Shown here: piece by piece, positions 50,072 through 59,513 of the stretch
How positions within the stretch are numbered: the stretch's first letter is position 1
Layout of the letters: each line of letters opens with the position of its first letter
Source of the DNA: a bacterium
Lineage (GTDB): Bacteria; UBA8248
NCBI GenBank assembly: GCA_965202625.1
Contig: CBDBBI010000010.1
Coordinates: forward strand, 2,688,001-2,752,000
DNA length: 64,000 nt
Reading direction: 5' to 3'
Notes under the pieces: generated by a model
What the model was told of the DNA's origin: nothing
The model's database searches: none
Seen by the model: the letters and a program-made list of their open reading frames with translations, nothing else
Program-made: the position numbers and the translations under genes

Positions 50072-51079
50072 ATGCTTCTTGCAGACATCGCGAATCTGCT
50101 TGGCGAGGAATTGATCGGCGATGGCAACCTGGACGTCCTGGACGTAGCGGAGTACGAAACAGCCTCGTCGAGAGATTTGAGCTACGTGGACTCGGCGAAA
50201 AGGCTCAACGCGACATCGAATGCGGGCGCCCTCATCGTCCCAAAGGGTCTGGAAGTCGATCGTCCCGCTATTTCTGCGAAAAACCCCCGGTTGTCTTTCG
50301 CCCGCGCAGTGTCGTTTTTGCGTCCGCCTCGAAAATTCCAACCGGGAGTTGACCCCAACGCCAGCGTCTCTGGCGTGGCCCGTTTGGGAGATGGGGTATA
50401 CGTGGGTCCATTCGCATCGCTCGCCGCTGGCGTGGTGGTGAGCGAGGGATCCTATATCGGTGCGGGTGCGCGCGTCGGTGAGAACGTAAGGATAGGCCCA
50501 CAATCCTACATATACCCAAATTGCGTCTTATACGCTGAGGTGGAGATAGGCGCGAGGGTGATCCTCCACGCCGGAGTCGTCGTCGGAGCGGATGGATTCG
50601 GATACGTTTCCGATGAGGATGGCCATATCTTCAAGTATCCGCAAACGGGTAGGGTCGTCATTGAGGATGATGTGGAAATCGGGGCGAACACCACGATTGA
50701 TCGGGCGTCGTTGCAGGAAACGAGAATCGGCCGAGGCACGAAAATTGACAATCTGGTGCAAATCGCCCACAACGTCATCGTTGGAGAGAATTGTATTCTG
50801 GCGAGCCAAGTGGGTATCTCAGGCAGCGCGAGGATTGGCCGGGGCGTTGTGATGGGCGGAAACGTCGGAGTGGCGGATCACGTCGAAATTGGCGATGGGG
50901 CGAAGCTGGGGGCGAGAACCAGCGCGCCCAAAAGCCTAGAGGGCGGGAAAGTGTATCTCCACACTCCGGCGGCGGAAATTCGTGAGGCGCGCAGGCGAAT
51001 CGCAGTATTGAGGAATTTACCCAATCTGGCGGAAAAAATAAACAAACTCGAGAAAAAGATTGCTGAGTTGGAATCATGA
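50072..51079 (+). CDS. lpxD: UDP-3-O-acylglucosamine N-acyltransferase
   Basis: Hexapeptide repeats, [29 protein letters not shown]. Confidence 0.95.
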   Translation: MLLADIANLLGEELIGDGNLDVLDVAEYETASSRDLSYVDSAKRLNATSNAGALIVPKGLEVDRPAISAKNPRLSFARAVSFLRPPRKFQPGVDPNASVSGVARLGDGVYVGPFASLAAGVVVSEGSYIGAGARVGENVRIGPQSYIYPNCVLYAEVEIGARVILHAGVVVGADGFGYVSDEDGHIFKYPQTGRVVIEDDVEIGANTTIDRASLQETRIGRGTKIDNLVQIAHNVIVGENCILASQVGISGSARIGRGVVMGGNVGVADHVEIGDGAKLGARTSAPKSLEGGKVYLHTPAAEIREARRRIAVLRNLPNLAEKINKLEKKIAELES

Positions 51080-51513
51080 TGGATAAGCGGCGGATACAGG
51101 CGCTCATTCCACACAGGCATCCATTTCTTCTTGTTGACGAGGTGCTCGACATTAACCCGGAGAAAATGTCCATCGTGGCCCGAAAAAACGTCACTCCGGA
51201 TGAGCCGTATTTCGCGGGCCATTTCCCCGGTCGCCCTATCATGCCGGGTGTGTTGGTCGCGGAGGCTTTGGCGCAAACCGGCTTGATTTCCCTGTTCGCA
51301 CTGAAACTGCTCGAGCCGGGTGTGGATTTTTTTTTAGCCGGCATGGAGGGTGTGAAATTCAGGCGTCCCGTCGTTCCCGGCGATTCGTTGCAACTGCGCG
51401 TAAAGCTTCTGAAGCATAGAAAAACGTTGTGGAAGTTTGAAGGACGCGCGTTTACGGAGGATCAGATAGCCGCCGAGGGTTTCTTCACCGCCTATGTTTC
51501 CCTTCCAGCCTGA
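51076..51513 (+). CDS. fabZ: 3-hydroxyacyl-ACP dehydratase
   Basis: [38 protein letters not shown]. Confidence 0.96.
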   Translation: MMDKRRIQALIPHRHPFLLVDEVLDINPEKMSIVARKNVTPDEPYFAGHFPGRPIMPGVLVAEALAQTGLISLFALKLLEPGVDFFLAGMEGVKFRRPVVPGDSLQLRVKLLKHRKTLWKFEGRAFTEDQIAAEGFFTAYVSLPA

Positions 51514-51519
51514 TATCCA

Positions 51520-52302
51520 TTGAACGATATAGCCCCCACTTCTTACATCGACACGAAAGCGCAACTCGGGCGGGATTTGAAGATCGGGCCGGGTGCTTTT
51601 GTGGGCGCGGAAGTGGTCCTTGAGGACGGATGCGAAGTCGGGTCGAACGCGAGCGTTCAGGGCCCTGCGTTGGTCGGTGAGGGATGCCGTATTTTCCCGA
51701 ACGCCGTCATCGGTGCAGAGGCGCAAGTTGTCCATTTGGCGTCGGATGCAGGCGGTCTTGAAATAGGAGCGGGAACCATCGTTCGCGAGACGGCGACGAT
51801 TCATCGTTCCATGCGTCGGGGCGAAAACACGAGGGTGGGCAGAAAATGCTACATCATGGTCGGTGCACACGTGGCGCATGATTGCCGCGTAGGCGATGAG
51901 GTGATTCTGGTGAACCATTGCTCTTTGGGAGGACACGTGGAAGTCGGAAACAAATGTTTTGTGTCCAACTTCGTCGGCGTCCATCAGTATGTGCGGGTAG
52001 GAGAGGGCGCGATCGTCGCCGGCCCTGCGGCGGTGCGAAAAGATGTCCCCCCGTTTGTCAAAATGACGGGCGAGCCTCCTCGTGTCATCGGGTTGAACGT
52101 AGTGGGTTTGCGTAGAGGTGGGGTTTCGACCGAAGCGAGAGAAAGTCTCAAGAGAGTGTATAAAATTTTTTTTAGTACGCCGGGCGCAGTGGCGCAAAAA
52201 ATAAAGAGAATAGAAACGCAGGCGCCGTTGGGAGCGCAGGTTCGTGCCGTGGTGGAATTTATGCGGACCTCGAAGCGTGGTGTCTACCAAGGCCGGATGT
52301 AA
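51520..52302 (+). CDS. lpxA: Acyl-ACP:UDP-GlcNAc(3N) acyltransferase
   Basis: Hexapeptide repeats, HVAHDC, LGGHV, HQY, DVPPF, GLNVVGLRR. Confidence 0.93.
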   Translation: MNDIAPTSYIDTKAQLGRDLKIGPGAFVGAEVVLEDGCEVGSNASVQGPALVGEGCRIFPNAVIGAEAQVVHLASDAGGLEIGAGTIVRETATIHRSMRRGENTRVGRKCYIMVGAHVAHDCRVGDEVILVNHCSLGGHVEVGNKCFVSNFVGVHQYVRVGEGAIVAGPAAVRKDVPPFVKMTGEPPRVIGLNVVGLRRGGVSTEARESLKRVYKIFFSTPGAVAQKIKRIETQAPLGAQVRAVVEFMRTSKRGVYQGRM

Positions 52303-52332
52303 GCGTGGACGCTTTGGCGAGGTGAAAATCCC

Positions 52333-53304
52333 GTGATGGATTCTTTGCAAGTGGGTGTCGTCGGCTGTGGGCATATGGGTAGTTATCACATCGCGGCGCT
52401 CTCTGATCTCCTGGACGCGAATTTGTCGGCCGTCTGTGATGTGGATCCCGCTCGCGCCGAGGAACTGGCGAATCGATACGGGATCGAGGCATTTTCCGAT
52501 CCATCTGATCTCATCGGCCTTGTGGACGCCGTCAGCATTGCTGTTCCTACCTCCCAGCATTTCGCGGTGTCGCGCCTGTTTCTTGAAAATGGCGTTCACG
52601 TGCTGGTGGAGAAGCCCATTTGCGAGATGATGGAAGACGCGCGGAAATTATTCGACTTAGCGCGCGAAAATAACCTGGTTCTTCACGTTGGTCACGTGGA
52701 GCGGTTTAACGGAGCGGTTCAGGAGTTGTGCCGCATCATAGATAACCCGTTGCTTATTGAATGTCGCAGGCTCGGGCCCTTCACGTCCAGAGCGAAGGAA
52801 GATGGAGTTGTGTTCGACTTGATGGTGCATGATCTCGACATCGTTTTGCGGCTGGTGGACGAGAGTATCTCCTGCCTTTCGGCAACTGGAGCCAGCGTCT
52901 TGTCCGAACATGACGACGTGGCGAACGTGCAGATTGGGTTTGAGGGCGGATGCGTGGCGAACCTTATCGCGAGCCGGGTGACGCAGAACAAGGTCAGGAC
53001 GCTTTCTGTGTCCCAGCCGAGCGCGTTTATTACGCTTGACTACGCGGAGCAAGAACTCAGAATACATCGCCAGGCGATGAACGAGCATCGCTTGACGCTC
53101 GAGAACATCACGTATCGTGAACAATTTCAGATGGAGAGGGTATTCGTTCACAAGGACAATCCGCTCAGATTGGAATTACGGCATTTTCTGCAATCGGCGC
53201 GGGCGCGGGAAGTTGTTCGCGATCCCGAAAAAGAGTTGCGCTCTTTGGCCGTCGCGATTCGCGTCCTGGAAATGCTGAAAACCTCCATGTTCTCGACGCC
53301 CTGA
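52333..53304 (+). CDS. Gfo/Idh/MocA oxidoreductase, GnnA-like (candidate UDP-GlcNAc 3-dehydrogenase)
   Basis: GCGHMG..H, AVPT..H, EKP, GHVERFN, DLMVHDLD, ASR. Lies between lpxA and lpxI/lpxB. Confidence 0.8.
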   Translation: MMDSLQVGVVGCGHMGSYHIAALSDLLDANLSAVCDVDPARAEELANRYGIEAFSDPSDLIGLVDAVSIAVPTSQHFAVSRLFLENGVHVLVEKPICEMMEDARKLFDLARENNLVLHVGHVERFNGAVQELCRIIDNPLLIECRRLGPFTSRAKEDGVVFDLMVHDLDIVLRLVDESISCLSATGASVLSEHDDVANVQIGFEGGCVANLIASRVTQNKVRTLSVSQPSAFITLDYAEQELRIHRQAMNEHRLTLENITYREQFQMERVFVHKDNPLRLELRHFLQSARAREVVRDPEKELRSLAVAIRVLEMLKTSMFSTP

Positions 53305-53311
53305 CACCCCC

Positions 53312-54142
53312 ATGCCGAATTCCCGGACAAGAATTGGTCTCGTCGCGGGTGCAGGAACGCTGTCGTCTGACTTCGTCTCTCGCGCGAAGGAACGGGGCAA
53401 GTGCGTGTTCGTGGCGGCGTTGTCTCCCGAAGTCGAGAGCGCGTTGTCGAGAGAGGCGGATTTCGTCTCGCGTATTCCTCCTACCCAACCAAATAAGATC
53501 ATACGGTTCTTTAGGGACAACGACGTCGACGAAATAGGGTTCGCTGGAAAGGTAGAGAAAAAGCTCCTATTTCAGTCTTTACGCTTCGATATGACGGTGC
53601 TGCGCTTCATGAAAAACGCCAGGAACATGGCCGATGCAACGATCATGGACGCCGTCATTGCGTTTGTGGAAAAAAATGGCATGAAGGTGGTTTCGCAAAC
53701 GGAGTATCTGAAACATCTCATCACCCCCAACGGCGTCATCACGAAAAGGAGATTTCGTCAGAGTCAACGCAAAAGCGCGGAGTATGCGTTTCAAGTGGCC
53801 CAAAGAGTCGCGGACCTGGAAATCGGTCAGACTGTGGTGGTGCATAAAGGGGCGGTGACCGCCGTGGAGGGTTTGGAGGGGACGGATGAGGCGATTCTGA
53901 GAGGGTGCGCTCTCGCTGGGCGCGGGGCTATCGTTTGCAAGGTGGCTCGCCCCCATCAGGATATGCGTTACGACGTGCCCACTGTCGGGCTCAAGACGCT
54001 GGAGGCGATGCGGTCGGGAAGCGCATCGGCTTTGATCTTGGAGGCGGGCCGGACTTTTCTCATCGCTCGCGATCGTTTTATACGGGAAGCCGACGCGGCT
54101 GGTGTCATTGTTGTCGGCTGGTCGCAAAATGGACAAAGATGA
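53312..54142 (+). CDS. lpxI: UDP-2,3-diacylglucosamine pyrophosphatase LpxI
   Basis: GLVAGAG, IGQTVV, AVEGLEGTD, QDMRYDVPTVG. Confidence 0.92.
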   Translation: MPNSRTRIGLVAGAGTLSSDFVSRAKERGKCVFVAALSPEVESALSREADFVSRIPPTQPNKIIRFFRDNDVDEIGFAGKVEKKLLFQSLRFDMTVLRFMKNARNMADATIMDAVIAFVEKNGMKVVSQTEYLKHLITPNGVITKRRFRQSQRKSAEYAFQVAQRVADLEIGQTVVVHKGAVTAVEGLEGTDEAILRGCALAGRGAIVCKVARPHQDMRYDVPTVGLKTLEAMRSGSASALILEAGRTFLIARDRFIREADAAGVIVVGWSQNGQR

Positions 54143-55292
54143 ACTCAGGATGTGCGACGTCATGGTGGTCGCTGGCGAGCCGTCCGGCGACGTTCACGCC
54201 GCGAATCTGGTGAATGCTCTTTCCGCCAGGATTCCCCGTCTCCGGGTATCTGGCATGGGTGGGCGATGGATGGCCGAGGCGGGCGTGGATCTCGTTCACG
54301 ACGTCAGCTCGATATCCATCGTCGGTTTTGCCGGAATTCCTCGTGTTTATCCCAAGTTGCGAAGAATCAAAAAAGACTTGCTGGGGAGAATCGAGGAGAA
54401 AAAGCCCCAAGCGGTCATTTTCGTGGATTATCCGGGCTTTAATCTCTCTTTGGCGCGTGCGATGCGCGCTTTGGCGCAGTCGCCGAAGCGCATCTATTTC
54501 ATCACCCCCCAAGTATGGGCATGGTGGAGGGGCCGCGCCCGCACCATCGCAGAGATTTTTGACCTAGCGTTGAACATATTTCCTTTTGAGCCGCGCATTT
54601 TTGAGGAATGGGGCGGAAGAGCGAAGTTCATCGGAAATCCCCTCGCCTATTCTCTCCGGGACGCACCCTCCAAAGAAGTCGCCCGACGTGCGCTGAACGT
54701 GCCGACGGGTGAGAAGGTGGTTGCGTTTCTTCCGGGCAGTCGCCTCAAGGAAGTCGATGCGCACATGGACGCCATGGTGGGTGCGCTGAGGATAATGCAC
54801 GAGGAAACGCCGGGGCTGCGCTTTTTGGTTTCAGAGGCGGACTCCCTTCCCGAAGGCTACGTTTCGAGTCGATTGCAGCCCTCGGGGGTCGAGATACGGC
54901 CCCTCAGAGGAGATTCTCATCAGGCGATTCGAGCGGCTGATGCCGTAGTCGTGGCGAGCGGCACGGCTTCTTTGGAGACTGCCCTTTTGGGCGTGCCGAT
55001 GGTTGTTTTATACGCCGGGGATGCGCTTACGTATATTCTGGCCAAGTATTTTTTGGTTCATGTGGACTACCTGAGTCTCGTGAATTTGCTATCCGGATAT
55101 GAGGCCGTTCCCGAGTTGTATCAAAACCATGTGCGCCCGAAACTTGTGGCGAACGCGTTGCGGGATGTGTTGTGGAATCAGCATGTGAGGAGGAGGCAAA
55201 TCAAGGCGTTCGAAAGGATTCAAGACGCTCTGAGAGGGGCGAACCCCTATACGTGCGCCGCCGCGCACGTCGCGGCGGCGCTTGGCCTTTGA
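54129..55292 (+). CDS. lpxB: Lipid-A-disaccharide synthase
   Basis: AGEPSGD, VDYPGFN, PQVWAW, LPGSR..E, SGTASLE, VPELYQ. Confidence 0.95.
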   Translation: MDKDELRMCDVMVVAGEPSGDVHAANLVNALSARIPRLRVSGMGGRWMAEAGVDLVHDVSSISIVGFAGIPRVYPKLRRIKKDLLGRIEEKKPQAVIFVDYPGFNLSLARAMRALAQSPKRIYFITPQVWAWWRGRARTIAEIFDLALNIFPFEPRIFEEWGGRAKFIGNPLAYSLRDAPSKEVARRALNVPTGEKVVAFLPGSRLKEVDAHMDAMVGALRIMHEETPGLRFLVSEADSLPEGYVSSRLQPSGVEIRPLRGDSHQAIRAADAVVVASGTASLETALLGVPMVVLYAGDALTYILAKYFLVHVDYLSLVNLLSGYEAVPELYQNHVRPKLVANALRDVLWNQHVRRRQIKAFERIQDALRGANPYTCAAAHVAAALGL

Positions 55293-55309
55293 CGCGCGGG
55301 AGTGAGGGG

Positions 55310-56047
55310 ATGAGTGAAGTCTCGTGCTCGCGTGTTTATGATGAATGGGGCCGCGCCTTCGACGCGCCGTTTTCGGCGCGGCTGGGCGGTATGGTTATAG
55401 CGTGCTACTTGAAAGCGGTATACGCCACTTCGACAAAGATCTTTCTGCAAACGGATTTTCATGAAAAAGTGATAAAGGCGTCCGGCAAGAGGTATATTTG
55501 GGCGTTCTGGCATCGGCACGTGGGGTTGGCCCCCTTCTTCTCTTCGAGCGCCGGTCGCCGCACTTGTATGGCGAGCAGAAGTCGGGATGGGGAATTGAGC
55601 GCCCAGGTGATGTGCCGCCTTGGTGTTCATTGCGCAAGGGGCTCCTCTTCCTTGTCAGATGGGACGGACAAGGGCGGCGGCGGCGCGTTTCGACAAATGG
55701 CGAGAGCCGCGAAAAAAAATGGGCACCAACTTGTCATTACGCCAGATGGGCCGAAGGGTCCGCATGGGAGGGTGCGGATGGGCGTGGTCTCTTTGGCCAG
55801 CGTCACGGGGTATCAGATTTGTCCGGTCGCTTGCGCGGCGTCCCGCTTTTTCACCATCCCCACGTGGGATGGGACGATTTTTCCCCTGCCGTTTGGGAGG
55901 ATATCCGCTTTTTGTGGCGAGCCGCTGGACGTGCCGCGCACCCGGGACAAAAGGGTATTGGAGGCAAAGCGCGTGGAGCTAGAAAAGCGGCTCATTCACG
56001 TGAATAACGAGGCAAAATCCTGCCTGGAAAAGTCCGCTGAGGTGTGA
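55310..56047 (+). CDS. DUF374 family acyltransferase (LpxJ-like)
   Basis: FWH, SRSRDGE, RGSS, TPDGPKGP, WD...PLPF. Confidence 0.85.
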   Translation: MSEVSCSRVYDEWGRAFDAPFSARLGGMVIACYLKAVYATSTKIFLQTDFHEKVIKASGKRYIWAFWHRHVGLAPFFSSSAGRRTCMASRSRDGELSAQVMCRLGVHCARGSSSLSDGTDKGGGGAFRQMARAAKKNGHQLVITPDGPKGPHGRVRMGVVSLASVTGYQICPVACAASRFFTIPTWDGTIFPLPFGRISAFCGEPLDVPRTRDKRVLEAKRVELEKRLIHVNNEAKSCLEKSAEV

Positions 56048-56054
56048 TCCGCCG

Positions 56055-57326
56055 ATGCTGTTTCTCTACAATGCACTCCTCCTTCTGCTCTCGCCCGCTT
56101 TGCTCGCCTATTTGCTGTTCCGTCTGTGGCTGCGCGGGTCCGATCTTCGGGCGGTGCGTCAAAGGTTCGGATTTCCGCCGCAGTTGCCCGATGTGGCGGA
56201 AGGGCGCCTCTGGCTCCACGCCGTATCCGTGGGGGAAGTAGGCGTGGCCGCCCATCTGGTCCCTGCAATTTTGAAAAAAAAACCGAAATTGAAAATCGTT
56301 CTTTCCACGGTGACGCAAACGGGAAGGGAGGAGGCGGAGAAAATACCCGGGCTCGAGCGGCGTATCTATTTTCCGCTCGACTTCTCCTTGGTTGTCCGCT
56401 GGGCTTTGAGGCGAATTCAACCGTCCATGATCGCACTCATCGAAACGGAGATATGGCCGAATCTCGTGAGTGAGGCCGCGAGAAAAAACATCCCTGTGTC
56501 CATCGTCAACGGGAGGCTCTCGGCTCGTTCGTATAGCGGTTACAGGCGCTTTCAGTTTTTTTTCTCTCCAGTTCTCAGGCGTCTCAGGGGCGTTCTAGCG
56601 CGTGGAGTGGACGACGCCGAGCGATTTTTGAACTTGGGGGCGGTTTGCGTACAGGTTTCCGGAAACGTGAAATTTGACGCGCCTCCGCCGGTGCGGGAGT
56701 CGTCGTCCGCCTCTTATGGCTTGAGCACGTGTCGGGACGTCATCGTGGCTGGCAGCACGCACCCGGGGGAGGAGAGTTTGATTGGGGAGGTCGTATCGTC
56801 CATTCGTCGAAACATGCCCGAGGTGGGTCTCCTCCTCGCCCCACGTCACCTTGCAAGAATCGATCAAGCGGAAGAAACCCTGCGCACCTTGGGGGTTTCT
56901 CCCGTGCGATGGAGTCGCGTGAAAAATGCGGACGAGGATCATCGGGTTGTCATTCTGGACGTGATGGGCGAACTCGCGGACGCCTATGCGTGCGCGACGG
57001 TGGCGATTATCGGTGGAAGTTTCATTCCTCATGGAGGCCAAAACCCGATAGAAGCGGCGCGTTGGGCCGTGCCATGCTTGTATGGTCCCCATATGGAGAA
57101 TTTCGCGGAAGTGGCGCGGGAGATGGTGGAGAGGGGCGGTGCGATTCAAGTGAGCGACCGTAGGGCTTTGGAAGCCGCCATCGTGAAATGGCTGCATGAT
57201 CCGGTATCCCGAAAGCGGGCGGGTGAGGCGGCGCGCCGAGTGGTCCGGGACAACCGGGGCGCCGCCGATAGAACCGCGGAATACATCGCTCGCATTCTGG
57301 CGGAATCGGATGGAAGCACGGCATGA
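56055..57326 (+). CDS. waaA: Kdo transferase
   Basis: WLHAVSVGE, ETEIWPN, GNVKFD, GSTHPGEE, APRH, GGQNPIEAA. Confidence 0.95.
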   Translation: MLFLYNALLLLLSPALLAYLLFRLWLRGSDLRAVRQRFGFPPQLPDVAEGRLWLHAVSVGEVGVAAHLVPAILKKKPKLKIVLSTVTQTGREEAEKIPGLERRIYFPLDFSLVVRWALRRIQPSMIALIETEIWPNLVSEAARKNIPVSIVNGRLSARSYSGYRRFQFFFSPVLRRLRGVLARGVDDAERFLNLGAVCVQVSGNVKFDAPPPVRESSSASYGLSTCRDVIVAGSTHPGEESLIGEVVSSIRRNMPEVGLLLAPRHLARIDQAEETLRTLGVSPVRWSRVKNADEDHRVVILDVMGELADAYACATVAIIGGSFIPHGGQNPIEAARWAVPCLYGPHMENFAEVAREMVERGGAIQVSDRRALEAAIVKWLHDPVSRKRAGEAARRVVRDNRGAADRTAEYIARILAESDGSTA

Positions 57327-58408
57327 GCCTTCGTCGGGGCATTCTGATGGCCTGGGAGGGTAATCCCTTGTCTCCTACCTGGTCCCGTGTGCTGGCGAGC
57401 GGTCTTCTGCCTTTGGGAGTCGTCTATGGCGCGGCAATGGCGTATCGGCGCGGCCGCTATGCGGCGGAAAAAATTCGGGTGGAGAGGATTCCCGTGCCCG
57501 TCATCTCTGTCGGTAACCTCGCGTTTGGGGGGACGGGCAAGACGCCCACCGTCGCGTGGGTTCTGGAGAGATTACTCCTCAAGGGTCGAAGACCGGCCGT
57601 GGTGAGCCGAGGCTACGGCGGAAGGTCTGGGGACGTGATGGTCGTGTGTGATGGTGGGGGTGGGCGGATGCCGTCGCCGCCGGCCGGGGATGAAGCCGCG
57701 ATGCTCGCCTGGCGATATCCCCATCTTCCCATTTTAACTGGCGTGGATCGCTCTTTTGTCGCCCAAAAAGCGGCGGAGGAATTTGGAGCGGATGTTGTCG
57801 TAGTCGACGACGGATTTCAGTACCTGTCCCTTTTCCGGGAGATGGATTTGGTGCTTCTGCGGGGAGATTGTCCCTTTGGAAATGGGAGGGTGACTCCTGC
57901 GGGGGTTCTACGGGAACCGGTTTCGGCCTTGAGGCGCGCGGACGCCGTTTTGATGACGGGGGAATGCTCTGATCGCGCGAGGGGCGAGATTCAGTCTCTG
58001 GTGCAGGAGGTTCCCGTTTTTACCGGAAGTCTCGAGCCCGATTCGATTCTGAATTCACAGGGAGAAACCGTAGGTGCGCCCGATGTGCTGAGGGGGAGGA
58101 AAGTTGTCGCCGTGAGTGGCGTGGGGAATCCGTATGGCTTTGAGAGGACGCTCGAATCGTTGCGCGTCGAGGTCCTGGCGCATCATGCGTATCCGGATCA
58201 TGCTCGTTACGTGGTGGCCGATGGCGCGCGCCTTGCTTCATCGCTCCAGAAAACGGGGGCCGATTTCATTCTGACGACGGAGAAAGACGCGATAAAACTG
58301 ACCCCCTTCCTGGGTGAGACACCGTTTTACACGCTTCGGGTGGCGATGAAAATCAACGACGACACAGATTTGGCCGCCTTGGTTGAGGAGAAACTCTTTT
58401 CCTCTTGA
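57323..58408 (+). CDS. lpxK: Tetraacyldisaccharide 4'-kinase
   Basis: VISVGN..GGTGKTP, SRGYG, GDE, DDGFQ, PAGVLREP, TTEKD. Confidence 0.95.
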   Translation: MSLRRGILMAWEGNPLSPTWSRVLASGLLPLGVVYGAAMAYRRGRYAAEKIRVERIPVPVISVGNLAFGGTGKTPTVAWVLERLLLKGRRPAVVSRGYGGRSGDVMVVCDGGGGRMPSPPAGDEAAMLAWRYPHLPILTGVDRSFVAQKAAEEFGADVVVVDDGFQYLSLFREMDLVLLRGDCPFGNGRVTPAGVLREPVSALRRADAVLMTGECSDRARGEIQSLVQEVPVFTGSLEPDSILNSQGETVGAPDVLRGRKVVAVSGVGNPYGFERTLESLRVEVLAHHAYPDHARYVVADGARLASSLQKTGADFILTTEKDAIKLTPFLGETPFYTLRVAMKINDDTDLAALVEEKLFSS

Positions 58409-58416
58409 GCGGAGCG

Positions 58417-59505
58417 TCAGCCTCGTATGGAGGCGAGCAAATAGGCGCCTCCCGTGAGGAAGATGGCGTTGGGTCCCCAGGCCGCTAGAATGGGTGGCAG
58501 GCGTCCGGCATGTCCGAGCGAGAGGCTCGCATAGAAAAGAACGAGATAGACGGCGCCAACCCCGATGGTGATGGCGACGCCCAGAGCGGCTCCGCCGCTT
58601 CTGCTGCTGCGAATGGAGAAGGGGACGCTCACCAAAACCAGAACGAAACTGATGAAGGGCATAGAAATTTTGGCCCACATATCTACGATGTGGCGGGTGG
58701 GATAGACGCCGCTTCTCCTCAGGTTCTGGATGTAGCGGCTGAGCTCTTGGTAATTCATCGTTTCCGGTGCTCTGCCCGTTTTTTTGAAATCTTCCGGTTT
58801 TTCCATGACCATGAAAATTTTTTTCTGGAAAGTTTCTCGCCTGATTTTTCCCTCGTCCTCAAAATGATGAATGAGGCCTTGATGAAACACCCAGTGCTTT
58901 CTCTCAGGTGCCCAGGCCACCTTGCGCGCGTCGACGCGTTGCGATAGGCGATTATCCCGGTCTATTCGGTACAGCGTAACGCCTCTCATTGTTTTCGTGT
59001 TCGGATTGTAGTGCGTGATTTGCCAGATGGTGTTGTCCCCCGAGCGATACCAGATCTTGTCTCTCTGGGCATGGGTTCGCAAGCCGACTTTTTTGATGCG
59101 GACTCGCCAGACGTAGTTCTCGCGCATGTTGGCTATCGGCACGACGTATTCGTTCGCCAGGAAGTTGAGGAGACTAATTCCTAGGCTGGCGATGAGGATT
59201 GGCGTAATGATTCGGTAGATGCTCAGCCCGTTGGCGCGCATCGCGACAAATTCGTTTCCCCTGGAGAGAAGAACCAGCGTGAGCGTGCTCGCCAGCAGAA
59301 CGGTGAGCGGAACGGAGAGGAAGACGAGCTGGGGCATTTTGTAGAGGAAATATAGGGTGCCATCGATCAGAGTCGCTTTTCTTTCGATAAAATCATCAAT
59401 TCGTTCGACGAATTCCGCTATAAAAAAAAGTGTGATGACCCCCGCCTGACAGATGAGCGCCATTCTGAAAAACTGTTTGAGAATATAGCGGTTGAGTAAG
59501 TTCAT
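58417..59505 (-). CDS. lptG: LPS export ABC transporter permease LptG
   Basis: YjgP/Q family: RYI, NEFVAMRANGLS, P.LAAWGPN. Confidence 0.9.
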   Translation of the reverse strand: MNLLNRYILKQFFRMALICQAGVITLFFIAEFVERIDDFIERKATLIDGTLYFLYKMPQLVFLSVPLTVLLASTLTLVLLSRGNEFVAMRANGLSIYRIITPILIASLGISLLNFLANEYVVPIANMRENYVWRVRIKKVGLRTHAQRDKIWYRSGDNTIWQITHYNPNTKTMRGVTLYRIDRDNRLSQRVDARKVAWAPERKHWVFHQGLIHHFEDEGKIRRETFQKKIFMVMEKPEDFKKTGRAPETMNYQELSRYIQNLRRSGVYPTRHIVDMWAKISMPFISFVLVLVSVPFSIRSSRSGGAALGVAITIGVGAVYLVLFYASLSLGHAGRLPPILAAWGPNAIFLTGGAYLLASIRG

Positions 59506-59513
59506 GCGGGAGT

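Noticed and set aside
51334-52599. 421-aa minus-strand ORF
   Set aside because: Antisense shadow across fabZ, lpxA and the gnnA-like gene.
50072-58408. No lpxC in the lipid A cluster
   Set aside because: lpxC is usually encoded elsewhere, so absence from one window says nothing.
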